A DNA stretch of 63,860 nt, the filler included, from Octopus bimaculoides (lineage: Eukaryota), in assembly GCF_001194135.2 (NCBI RefSeq). It is 9 parts of 7 records of this genome, joined end to end, with 100 filler letters (N's around TTAATTAATTAA, not from the genome) between each part and the next. Parts side by side here need not be neighbours in the genome. Positions count along the whole stretch, not along the records: positions 1 to 24,639 come from NC_068984.1; 8 more parts are not named here. One strand, written 5' to 3'. Below, one piece after another: positions 1 to 12,380 of this stretch. The notes below the pieces were generated by a model. That model saw nothing but the letters and a program-made list of their open reading frames with translations, was not told where the DNA came from and did no database searches. Both the position numbers and the translations under genes were made by a program. The first letter of the stretch is position 1; every line of letters starts with the position of its first letter.

Positions 1-198
1 CTACTGTTGATTAAATCACCTAGGTAACAGAAGCTATCAACTACTTCTACAGAGCCTCTGAACAGTGCAAGAAATTTACTTTACCAGTTTTCTGAGGGCT
101 CACTAATCTTGTACATTTACTAGACAAAGTCTTTATCCATAGACACCCTGCCTCTGATTCCACTACACCCATGCATCATATATATATGAATATATATA

Positions 199-234
<36 letters not shown>

Positions 235-735
235 CATACATACATACACACATACATGCACACACTGCATGGAATTTCTGCCAACTCATTTTCTGCACAT
301 TGAGCACAACTTTTCCTCATGCTCTCAGTGTCCTATCTCCTTTCATACTTACTAAGAGCTCAGTCATCATTAAGTTTGCCGGAGGCCTTTAGCTGCTAGG
401 TTTTGTTCCCACATCTGGAAACAAAACTAAACATTCCAGAAACTCTGCTTTAAGAGCTAAGTCATCAGTATTTTGGCCTTAAACTCACTGTTATTACCAG
501 GAAGACTATAATAAACAGAGGGAATTTTAGAACTGAGCCCTGGTGGACACCTATTTTCATTTTCAATTCCTCTCTAAACTCATTGTCAACTTTCACTTTG
601 CTGACAACTTCTCTCAACATGTCTTGCACTGCTCTCTGCTCCCATGAACCATTCTTCAACTCTTATTTTTTTAGTGGCCACCAGATCATGAATGGTGGTA
701 TGCTGTCAAAGGCTTTTCCTAGATAAACAAATACA
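1..735 (-). mobile_element. Decayed RTE-clade LINE reverse transcriptase fragment, interrupted by a microsatellite
   Basis: Fragments YLGKAFDSIP..IWW.L, IGVHQGSVL..LFII and EVVDSFCYLGD on the minus strand, with frameshifts. Confidence 0.85.
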
Positions 736-788
736 ATACATACATATATATATATACATATATACCCACACATATATATATATATACC

Positions 789-820
<32 letters not shown>

Positions 821-831
821 CNNNNNNNNNN

Positions 832-866
<35 letters not shown>

Positions 867-902
867 CACATATATAATTGTATACACAAACATATAATCA
901 CC

Positions 903-934
<32 letters not shown>

Positions 935-3900
935 CATATACTTACTGATAAACAATGCAAACACATTATATATACATATAGCGACAGATAAACACACACA
1001 CATACGTAATTTGAAAAGTTATAACAATATACATCAATAAAATATTATTTAATGAATGCAAAAGCAATATATTCGGTTTTTATCACACACACACACCGCG
1101 TTTATATTATAAATATTTACGCTGCATTGAAATATCTATATATCGCAACTAAATAATAAATAAAATGTTATAAGGAGCAATATCGATTGCTTTAACGATT
1201 TGTATTTAAAACACACTAATTGGAACTGACGTTTGGTAAGCTTTGAAGTCCATTGGAAATTACCAATTTATACATAAATAACAAGATCAAAAGAATAATA
1301 TTGATTTCTTATATAGGCACAAGGTCACAACAAAAATGCTGCAAAAAAATATATAGGATGAAATTGTATTGGGGACTGACTCTGGGATGGATGAAACATT
1401 AAGCTTCAGTGGGATTTGAAGACGGAACGTGGAAGTCCGAACTAAATGCTGCAAGGCATATTATCTGGCACTCTTCTGATCTTTACAGCTATTACTGAAC
1501 AATATTGAAACCATTAAAAGAGATTTAATCGATTGATTTTTGTCTGATAGTCAAAAAAAAAAAAAGAATAGAATTAAATGGAATTTTATCTTTACCTTTC
1601 AACTGTTTTGTTTCAGCCATTAGAGTGCGGTCATACTGTAGCACCGCCTAGAAGGGTGTTAGTCGAACGAATCGATTCCACTATTTACAACCTGGTACTT
1701 ATTCTATCAGTCTCTTCTATCTAACCGTTAGGTTCAGGGAACGTAAACAAACCAGCACCGGTTGTCAACTGGTGATGGAGTCAAACACAAACACACACAC
1801 ATATAGATATATACATATGTGACGGGCTTCTTTCAGTTTCTGTTTACCAAATCCAATCACAAAACTTTGGTTGGTCCGAGGTTATAGTAGAGGACACTTG
1901 CTCAAGGCGCCACTTGGCTGATGAAATATAAAGATAAGCAATGAAATTAACTTTGAACAGATTTTGATATCCGTTAAATGAACGATCAAGAAAGTCATCA
2001 GTCGAAAAGCGAGCGATGTCAGTGATATGAATTTTTTTGTTTTTAAGAGGTTCAAGTGAGAGCACCTGCGATTAGTAACTTTTATTGAAGGACGTTTCAA
2101 AATGTTGTCATATAATGATCGAATTCTTTAAATACAATTTCACGAATATTTCTCATGGTCGGTATCTAATAAAAATACATCTAAAATCGATGTAGTTTAA
2201 TTAACGGAGAGAATAAAAAATGACAAGGTAACGAAATTGACCGAAACAAACCAAGAAAAAAATGTCAATTTCAAAAAAAAATCGAGGACTTCACTCACCA
2301 ACTCCACCGCGGTATTTTCCATTTTTATATCCCCTGATGGCATCAAGGAAACACCTAGGCATCGTAGTCTATAGGAGCAGGAGCAATTCAAGGAAAATTT
2401 TTACTGAATGTTAACATTTAAAAAAGAAATCAAGCAACTATTAGTAGATTGTTTGAACGCAACCACAAGTGAGTGTCCGCGTCCATGGTTCAAATTGGCG
2501 CCCGTGCGCTCTGACGTAAGACGCACTTGCTTATCCAAGTGATGAAGATTATATATCGTACATACCAACTAAAACATTTGAATTCGATTGAATTTCTGAA
2601 AACCACGGGGCAAATTGGAAGAACAACCAAAAGATAAGTACACAGATATGCTTTCCATTAAGGTTCTCACACAAAAATCAGCACAGTACTAATAATTATC
2701 ATTGTTATATTGTCGTCATTGTCAATATCGCTTGTCGTTTTCCCTTAATCATTGGGAGACGAAGCGGGCAATTGACAGCCAATACAAGATGCTTTGTTGA
2801 AATTTCAGTTCAGTGTTTCAGAGTTCAAATCTCACCACCTATCTGGTCTAACTTCTCCTTTCAGCATTTACAAAGTTTATAAATAAATAAATAGATAAAA
2901 ATACGTACCAAGTAAAATCGATTTCATTAATTATACACAAATTCACAGATAGGGACTAGTACTTATGAAAAAAAAAATCATCAACACCACCACCACCACC
3001 ACCACCGTCGTCGTTATTATCATCATTGTTGTCTTCGTTGTCACTTTCCTGTTGTATCGTTGCAAATATATTTCTTATATTCGTGCGTCTCGTTACCTTC
3101 ATATTGAACAACTTTCTAAGCACTTCATGGATTAAGTTAAACTAATTCCAAAATAAAATTCGCTCCCACTTATCTCCCAAAGATGAATTTTCTTGTTCCC
3201 AGAAACGGACAAGAAAAAAATTCAAGGATTTTATTGTACAAAATTCGAAAACTGTTTGACTTAGTAACAACTTTGTTCTTCTCTGCAATGATACTAAAAT
3301 CTCTCTCAAAGACAAAAACCGAAGACATAGACATTAGCATCCCAAACTTCAGTTTATGAAGCCTAATAGTTGTTATTGTGTAAGCCAGGTCTGTCTATCG
3401 ACGGTTTGTTGGTTTGTAAATGCGATGCTGCAACATAGGTTGGTAGTGACGAGACACTTTGTCACTCTTAGGATCTTTGCTAATGAGGGGTTATTATCTT
3501 CCATCCAGTTTTGATTCTTGTGCTGCCATTGTTGCTCCGAGTCGACAGCACCAATAACCGCAATAACACATGTATAAGCTCCATTTATGAATCTTTCCCC
3601 TCGACTCTTTTTACTTTTTCGGCGTTTCGCCATCTAAGTTTGATGGATTTATACTTTTAAACAGCGAGCGTCGTAGAGAGTAAAATGTAAAACTCCCAGT
3701 CATACCTCAACGTTTTGCGGCATATCTACACAAGTGTGCCCCCCATTGACTTTGTTTCCTCATATCGTTCAGAAAATATGAAGAAAAAAAAGAGAAAATA
3801 ACTGGCTGGCACGCATATATACATACTTACACATCACATATCTTTCATCTTTTATTTGTTCCAGTCATTAAACTGCGGCCATGCTGGGGCACCGCCTTGA

Positions 3901-4241
3901 AGAATTTTAGCTGAACGAATCGACTCCAGTTCTTAGTTTTTAAAGCTTGGTACTTATTCTAACAAACACTTATTGCCGAACCATTAAGTTAAGGAGACGT
4001 AAACGGGGTATACACACACACACACGACGGGCTTCTTTCAATTTCTGTTTCAAGAATTTGGTCGGCCCGAGGCTATAGTAAAAAATACTTACCCAAGATG
4101 TCACGGAATGAGACTGAAACAGGAACCATGTGGTTAGGAAGCAGACTCCTACCACACAGCCACGCCTGTATACAGACACCCAAAATAAACTTGAAATTAA
4201 AAAAAAAATTATGTGTGTCAGTGTGTATGGAAACGTACCCA

Positions 4242-4286
<45 letters not shown>

Positions 4287-4924
4287 ATTCCGATATAATC
4301 GTATTCTACACATTATCTGAAAGCTATTTGTTGAAAATTTCATTAAAAAGTCCCCATTTTTCTGAAAGCTATGAGGAAATAAAGTCAATTAGTGTGAATT
4401 ATATAAAGCTTCTGTCCCCACCAACCTCCGAAAATATTTTTCACATCAAATTCCAGCTTTTGTGAATAGTAATTTACAATATATATTCATATTATATATG
4501 ACATTTAATATTGCATGTACTAACGTCTTATTGTTTATATGGCTTTTGTAACCAGTTATTTACATTATATATTCATATCAGAAATACATACTTCAACTTG
4601 ATCTATTGAATAGATTCATTTTGCATAACCAACAGATCTTTCACCAACTCAGACATCACTAATATCTTACAAATTATTTTATTATAAAACCAGCAAAGGA
4701 ACCTCTAGGTGACTGCTTGATCTTCTAAAAATATTGGTCAAATCTCCATTACACCTGAAAACAGATGTGATGGTCACAGGTGAAATGCCTTTGAATATCT
4801 GTCTGCTTGACTGGGGCTGACCTATAACTACAATAACATTTATTTTATTCTTTGTGCTTCTGTGTTGCACAATGGAAGACTTTTATAATAATCAAACTAG
4901 CTCAATAGAATAATAATAAACAAT

Positions 4925-5095
4925 GGCGCAGGAGTGGCTGTGCGGTAAGTAGCTTGCTTACCAACCACATGGTTCCAGGTTCAGTTCCACTGCATGGCAC
5001 CTTGTGCAAATGTCTTCTACTATAGCCTTGGGCTGACCAAAGCCTTGTGAGTGGATTTGGCAGGCGGAAACTGAAAGAGGCCTGTCATTATATAC

Positions 5096-5143
<48 letters not shown>

Positions 5144-5345
5144 GTTTGTGTGTGTCCTAACATCGCTTGACAACCAATGCTGGTGTGTTTATGTCCCCTG
5201 TACCTTAGCAGTTCAGCAAAAGAGATGGATAGAATAAGTACTAGGCTTACAAAGAATAAGTCTTGGGGTTGATTTGCTTAACTAAAGGCGATGCTCCAGC
5301 ATGGCCGCAGTCAAAATAACTGAAACAAGTAAAAGAATAAAAGAA
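4925..5345 (+). mobile_element. tRNA-derived SINE family A, near full-length copy with internal (TA)n(TG)n
   Basis: A-box TGGCTGTGCGG, B-box GGTTCAGTTCC, and a gaaacaagtaaaaga tail. Related copies at about 1590-1912(-), 3850-4165(-), 11810-11995(-), 22880-23180(+), 24500-24640(-), 34065-34400(-), 49345-49580(-), 50300-50460(-), 54230-54375(-) and 62460-62920(-). Confidence 0.9.
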
Positions 5346-7768
5346 TGTGTAAATTATAGTCCTGGATACGAAGACTTTAAACTGCATCTGATAATGGGAC
5401 CCTGGTTCGGGAGTTCCAGGGTTTAAAGGAGGATATAAAACCTGTTAGCTACTATTGGTGCAAGGTCTACTCTGTTAGGGTCCCAGCTATGGGTAACCAT
5501 CTGAGCCAGGGTACATAAAATTCATGGGATGCAAAATAGTGGATGTGAACTGTTTCAGCAGATGAACTTATTGAGTCAATGTTGAATATCATCACTAGAT
5601 GCTGAGTAGATGAACAGACAACAGACTCTCAACAGCCACAATTACACAGTTCAGTTAGTGAATGACTGCTATAATCTGTAGTTTTGGTATGCACAGATGA
5701 GATATTTCAGCTTGTGAAATGTGACTAAACCTCAAGCCAGACATTCATCCTTATCACTTGATCAGGACATCTGGTACGGTTAGGTTACATTGGTTCAGGC
5801 AAGTCACCCAACCTGGATGGTTCCAGGTTCAGTCCCACTGCATGGCACCTTGGGCAAGTGTCTTCTACTATAGCCTCGGGCTGACCAAAGCCTTGTGAGT
5901 GGATTTGGTTGGCGGAAACTGAAAGAAGCCCGTCATATCATCATCATCATTGTTTAACGTCCGCTTTCCATGCTAGCATGGGTTGGACGATTTGACTGAG
6001 GACTGGTGGACCAGGTGGCTACACCAGGCTCCAATTTGATTTAGCAGAGTTTCTACAGCTGGATGTCCTTCCTAACGCCAACCACTGTGTCCATGCTGAG
6101 GCATCACTTTAAAGAATTTTAATTGGACAAATTGACTCCGGTACTTTCTTTTTTGGGCCTGGTACTTGTTACATAAGTTTTTTATTTTTACAGAAACCTG
6201 AAGTTGTTGGGACATTGCTGAAGTCTTTGATTTCAAGCAGTGTTACAAAATACTCACAAAATCATTTGATATTCAATGCTGAAAAGAAAAAGGAAATTAG
6301 CATTTATGCAATTCCCACTGCATACAGCAATAAGCTGAAGTGCAGATATATTTGCAGACATATTTAGATGCATATTTACAATTAAGTTGATTGAATGATT
6401 CAGATGAGTTTGATATCTTTATACCAAGGACTCAGTATATTGACCTTTGTCTGGATTACTGTATTGTCCATTTGCACTTCATCTGAATAACAAAACTTAT
6501 CTATTCCAAATTAATTCTAATACAGACAATAAACCATTTATCTGTTTTTATATGCTCTGTTAGATTAGGCTCATATAAATTAATCATTTTTACTGGTGTC
6601 ATGCTGGGTTTGGATTGATTTTATCAACCTCAGTGCTTTATCTGCTACTTATTTTCTTGATGTTGTTTGGGATGGAAAGCAAAGGTGATCTGAGTATAAA
6701 GAGATGGAATCTCTTTACACCAGATAGTTTTGTTTGATGCATCAGTTCTGACATCATCCACCAGTATACACACATACACACACAACAGGTTTTTATCCAT
6801 CAAGCTTCACACAAATAGCACATTCTGTAAAGTGGTTGACATTAGGAAGGGCATCCAGCTGTAGAAATCATGTTACAATAGAAAATTGGAGTCTGGCAGC
6901 TCCTGTTAAACTGCACAACCCATACTAGCATGGAAAGCAGACATTAAACAATGATAATGATGAGAGTATGGTACCCTATGCATTACAGAAACTGGGAATA
7001 AGAGTGGATTCGGTGGACCATGAAGGTCTGTGGTGGAACAAAGTGACCATAAGCAAGTAAAATTTAAATTTAAATCGTCTCCTAAAAAACAATATACTAG
7101 ACAATTAAGATCACAACTTCAACATCAACAGCCACAACAAGATAAAACTGAATCCTCTATGCGGTCACTTGACATGCCGGAAATAGCAACCAAATTTTCT
7201 TCGTTTCACACCCTACCATTTTAAAAAGCTAATAGATGTTTGATAATATATGTAGTTCTAGATAAGGCTACTGCTGGGAAAACTTTTGATCAGGGTTAAT
7301 ATAGGAGCTAAACAACAATGTTATTGTTTTTATATGATATTCAAGGGTGGAGCCAAGGAAGGGGTTGCTGAGGGGCACGTGCCCCACTCAAGAAAAGAAG
7401 TGCACACTTCTAAATAATGCTATTACTTGTAATTTGATTTAATAGCTGCACCCTTCTGACCTTGTGCCCTCCCTTCAAAAAATGCCTGGGACTGCACCTG
7501 ATATCCTTGTCTTGCTGGTAATTTTATTTATTTATCTTTTTAAATCTAGACTCACAGCCTGTGGAAGCTCTTCTAGTTTTGGTGAAAGCTTAATATTAAA
7601 TCAAAATTCCCTGCAGAGTGATGCCTGCCATGACAGTTATCATTATCATCATTCTAATGTCCACTTTTCCATTCTCGCATGGGTCAAAAGAAATTTGTTG
7701 AAGCAGATTTTCAATGACCAGATACCCTTCCTACCATAAACCCTGTCTTGTTACCAACTATCACACAA

Positions 7769-8340
7769 TGTGACCATTATGTTTTTATCTGTGTTCTGGC
7801 ATCTGTCTAGATGTTTTCTGAAGGTGGAAGCTCATGTGTTTAGATGTTACTTGATGCGAAATGTTCTTCGCATCAAAGAACATCTAAACACGTGAGCCTC
7901 CTCCTTCAGAAAACATCTAGACAGATGCTAGAATACAGATAAAAATATAACAGTCACAATTGAAGCCAATGACAGAAATTTAGGAAATTTAAGAATTAAG
8001 GAGCCTATCCTCATTGACAAACTAGGGCCCCAAATTAACAACAGGTTGGAAATTAACAATCACTATATTATTTAATAACATCAACACCCTGCACGCACAG
8101 TAGTAACATGCTCATGGAACAAAACATTATTTTAAAAAATGCACATATAAAACATAACTTGGAAGCAATGCTGCGTATATGCTAACACACACGAGCTCAA
8201 GACATTACCACCCTCACGCACTTCTCATGAGGAATTCCGGAAGAAGCTTTGTTAGACCACTGCATGGACACTTCCAACAAATTTCAGTAACTGTTGGAAA
8301 ACCGAATATAACAGTGACTCCATTAATTCCTAGAAATATC
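7769..8340 (+). mobile_element. Penelope-like element 3' remnant (GIY-YIG C-terminus) with an inverted 5' duplication
   Basis: 7867-8075 translates RIKEHLNT*ASSFRKHLDRC*...LRIKEPILIDKLGPQINNRLE, typical of the GIY-YIG C-terminus (R..EH, L.IKE...I....P.IN). 7769-7860 is an inverted copy of 7867-7958. The right boundary is approximate. Confidence 0.75.
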
Positions 8341-8571
8341 TGAAGTAATTTTTATATTACAAAATATTATATTACACTATGAATAATTAAATTATTTTAT
8401 AACAGTTATTATAGTCCACTCTGCATTGTTGTGCCATTCCAGAAACGTTAAATTTCACATTAATTAATGGTGAAGCTTGAAAGCTTCTGCAATTGACAAA
8501 ATAGTGGACTGAAGAATATATTCAACCATTCCCGCGGTTGAATGATTCACTGTTTATTATTTCAATGTTTA

Positions 8572-8790
8572 AGGTGATGAGCTGGCAGAATCATTAACAA
8601 GCCGGGCAAAATGATTAGCAATATTTTGTCCATCTGTATGTTCTCAAGTTCAGATTCTGCTAGGGTTGACTTCAACTTTACATCCTTTCAGGGTTGATAA
8701 AATACGAACCAGTTGAACACTGGGGTCAATGTAACCAACTAGCACCCTCCTCCTGAAATTGCTGGCCTTGTTTCAAAATTTGAAACCATT
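8572..8790 (+). mobile_element. tRNA-derived SINE family B
   Basis: Shared body gagctggcagaatc...ctttcatcctttc.gggt.gataaaa...gtaccag...tggggtc.atgta. Other copies at about 16145-16360(+), 30595-30660(-), 39875-40060(+), 55725-55900(+) and 58850-59025(-). Confidence 0.85.
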
Positions 8791-9689
8791 ATTTCAATAC
8801 TTCATATCTCTTGGAATTTCAGTTCTTTAAGACACATACATCCGTCTCTTACTATAACTATTCTGCAATTATATTTGTATTATAAATTACATGCTCTAAA
8901 GTGATATCACATGTTTTGCTTGTTTGAAAACCATGTGTGGTCATGGTAGAAATATTACCTTGCTTAGAAACAGGTGACAGTTACTGACAAGAAAGATACC
9001 TGACTGTAGAAAATCTGCCTCAACAAAGTCTACCTGACTAATGTCCTCTTTCCTAAAGCATGGAAAAGAGGATATTAAATGATGATGATGGTGGTGATCA
9101 GGTGGTGGTGATGGTGTGATCATTTAACATCTCTTTTTTCCATGCTGACATGGGTTGGAGAGTTCAACACCATCTGACAAGTCAGAGGCTGTACTAAGTT
9201 CCAGCATCTGCTTTGGTATGGTTTCTATGGCTAGATACCCTTCTTAATGCCAGCCACTTCACAGAGAATACTGGGTTCTTTTTCATTGGCACCAACACTG
9301 ATGAACTTACCAAGTACCTGCAGGACAAGATCCCATATCTAAGTAGGTTATTGTATTGAGGGATATGAAAACAATGGAAGAAGTGAATACATGGCTTCTC
9401 CATCTGGAGAGAGCGAGAGAGAAGCAATGAAGTAGAGGTAGAAGGTGGGTATGAAAGAGAGAAATAGGAAAGGGAAACAGAAAGGATAGGTGAGTAGATA
9501 AGTGTTAGAGTGAAAATAATGTGACAAATAATTAGAGATAGGGATTGAATAGGACACAGTGATGGGGAACAGGAAATGAAGGAAAGAGGAAGTGATTAGG
9601 GACATAATAAATTGTAGAGGAACAAGTGGAAGGGATTGGTGTTAGAAGATGAGTCGTTGGAGAAAGCTAGACAGGACCTCAATGTTGCA

Positions 9690-10305
9690 GAGATGGATGA
9701 TTCTTCTGAAGCACAGCATATCATCATTGATTTTGGTCCTGTCATCTCCAAGAGGCTCAACATTTTGAAGTCAGTCTTCACTACTTTGTCCCATGTCTTC
9801 TTGGGTTTCCCTTCTCCACATTTATTGATTGACACTTCTTTATACAACTGTCTTCTTCCATTTGCATCACATGACCATACCAGAACAGAACAGCCTTCTT
9901 TCCTGCATGCCACAATGCCTCTGATGTCCAATTTTTCTCTCAACACAGTTGTACTTTGTAATACATGCACATCCTTCAAAGCAAACTAGCTTCACTATTT
10001 TCTAGTCTTCACATGTCCTCTGCATTCACAGCTTAAGTTTCATAATCATGTAACATTGCTATTCATACACAGGCATTGTGCCATCAGACTTTCATTCTGA
10101 GAGAGAGGCCTTTTGTTACAAACAAGTAATAACTCTCTGAACTTTCCCTAGCCAGTTCTTATTTGAGCAACGATACTTTCAGAGCATCCGCCTCTATTTC
10201 TAGTTAGGTTACCTAGGTAATAGAAACTATCTATTTCCTCTAGGGGTCTTTCTGAGCATTTCATACACCAGGTACACTATATATTTCTATCAACAGCTCT
10301 TCTAT
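9690..10305 (-). mobile_element. Decayed RTE LINE 3' ORF fragment
   Basis: LEEIDSFYYLG, CSESIVA.IR, LREKLDIRGI and KPKKTWDKVVK.D, all RTE C-terminal motifs, with stops and frameshifts. Confidence 0.85.
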
Positions 10306-10405
10306 ATAGTGAGCAAGGATGCCCTTCTTGTTACCAACTTTCACTTGGCAATATTGTCCCATGGTCAGACATGTTTTCACAGAAAATTGGATATGAAGAA
10401 TACTA

Positions 10406-11743
10406 TTAGGTCATTCCATAAGTTCTGTCTGATTTTACCTGTTTTAAAATTGATGAAATTTAACAGTATTTTAGAATGCCTAATGGAATTAAAAATTATT
10501 TTTATGCATTTGTGTACATTTAAACTAATTAAATATTATTTTACAGAATAATAGAATAAAAATTTCTTTGATTAAAACCCTTTCTAACATAGAAGTATCC
10601 AAAGAGCATTTGAGGCACATAATGCTTTATGAGTACAAAAAAGGAAACTCTGCAGCCGAAACGACTCGAAACATACACTCAGTTTATGNNNNNNNNNNNN
10701 NNNNNNNNNNNNNNNNNNNNNNNNNNNNNNNNNNNNNNNNNNNNNNNNNNNNNNNNNNNNNNNNNNNNNNNNNNNNNNNNNNNNNNNNNNNNNNNNNNNN
10801 NNNNNNNNNNNNNNNNNNNNNNNNNNNNNNNNNNNNNNNNNNNNNNNNNNNNNNNNNNNNNNNNNNNNNNNNNNNNNNNNNNNNNNNNNNNNNNNNNNNN
10901 NNNNNNNNNNNNNNNNNNNNNNNNNNNNNNNNNNNNNNNNNNNNNNNNNNNNNNNNNNNNNNNNNNNNNNNNNNNNNNNNNNNNNNNNNNNNNNNNNNNN
11001 NNNNNNNNNNNNNNNNNNNNNNNNNNNNNNNNNNNNNNNNNNNNNNNNNNNNNNNNNNNNNNNNNNNNNNNNNNNNNNNNNNNNNNNNNNNNNNNNNNNN
11101 NNNNNNNNNNNNNNNNNNNNNNNNNNNNNNNNNNNNNNNNNNNNNNNNNNNNNNNNNNNNNNNNNNNNNNNNNNNNNNNNNNNNNNNNNNNNNNNNNNNN
11201 NNNNNNNNNNNNNNNNNNNNNNNNNNNNNNNNNNNNNNNNNNNNNNNNNNNNNNNNNNNNNNNNNNNNNNNNNNNNNNNNNNNNNNNNNNNNNNNNNNNN
11301 NNNNNNNNNNNNNNNNNNNNNNNNNNNNNNNNNNNNNNNNCTTTAGTAAATCGAAAAGAAGTGATGTTTCATCAGGACAATGTGCAACCCCACACTGCAA
11401 AGATCACATCACAGAAGATCGAAGAGCTTGGTTGGGAAAAAATTCCTCATCCACCTTATTCTTCTGACCTTGCTCCTTCAGACTACCATTTGTTTTGTAG
11501 TTTACAGAATCATTTGGGGGACATAACTTTCGCAAGCCAGGAGGTCAAAACTGACATTTCAGAGTTCTTCGCTTTGAAACCAAAGGAGTTTTACATTGAT
11601 GGGATTAAAAAGCTTGTAAATAGATGGAATGAAGTCATAGACAATCAGGGAAAGTACACTGATGATTAAATTTCAATTAAATATAACATTTGATCACTTG
11701 TTTTCTTTATTCAAAATTGGACAGAACTTATGGGATGACCTGA
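10406..11743 (+). mobile_element. Mariner (DD34D) transposon, full span with TIRs; centre hidden by a gap
   Basis: 31-bp TIRs at 10406-10436 and 11713-11743 (27/31 match), flanked by TA. N-terminus EHLRHIMLYEYKKGNSAAETTRNI; C-terminus FHQDNVQPH...PHPPYSSDLAPSDYHLF. The likely start codon reads ATA rather than ATG. Confidence 0.95.
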
Positions 11744-12134
11744 TACTTGTATGATGGTGACAAACATTTACATCTATCACATGATGATATCAAAGCAAGG
11801 AGACAGAAACATGTGCACACACACACATATACATACATACATGATCGGTTCCTTTCAGTTTTTGTTTACCAAATGTACTCATGAAGCTTTGGTCAGCCTG
11901 AGGCTATAGTAGAAGACACTTGCTTAAGGCACCACACAGTGGGACTGAACTCAAACCCATGTGATTGGGAAGCAAACTTCTTACCACACAGCCCCACTTA
12001 AGTGTCCTTGAAAATTTAAAGGTACCTATGCCTATGGAATACTCAGTCACTTCACACATCAATTCACAGAGTAGGTCACTCAGTTGAGCAAACAATTACT
12101 CATTGAAACAGAGATTCCATCATATTTGATATCT

Positions 12135-12380
12135 GTGGAGACGCATGACTTAGTGGTTACGGTGTTGGACTCACGATCATGAGATTGTTCTTTTGATTCC
12201 TGGATCAGTTGATGTTTTGTGTTCTTGAGCAAAACACTTCATTTCATGTTCTTCAAGTCCACTCAGCTGGCAAAAATTACCAATCCTACAACAGACCGGC
12301 ATCCTGTCCTCCAGAGGAATATGTATGCCACAGAAACTAGGTAACCATTCCTATGAGTCTATATGATATGGGAAGGAGCT
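12135..12380 (+). mobile_element. tRNA-headed SINE family D, decayed
   Basis: A-box-like TGACTTAGTGG, degenerate B-box ttgattcc, and central ttgagcaaaacacttcatttca...gtccactcagctgg. Confidence 0.6.

Noticed and set aside
3373-3633. 86-aa ORF MAKRRKSKKSRG...
   Set aside because: No recognisable domain or splice partner. It may be UTR or chance, so it is not called as a CDS.
7030-7224. Gln-rich 64-aa ORF
   Set aside because: GTG start, a poor acceptor, no partner exons and no homology recognised.
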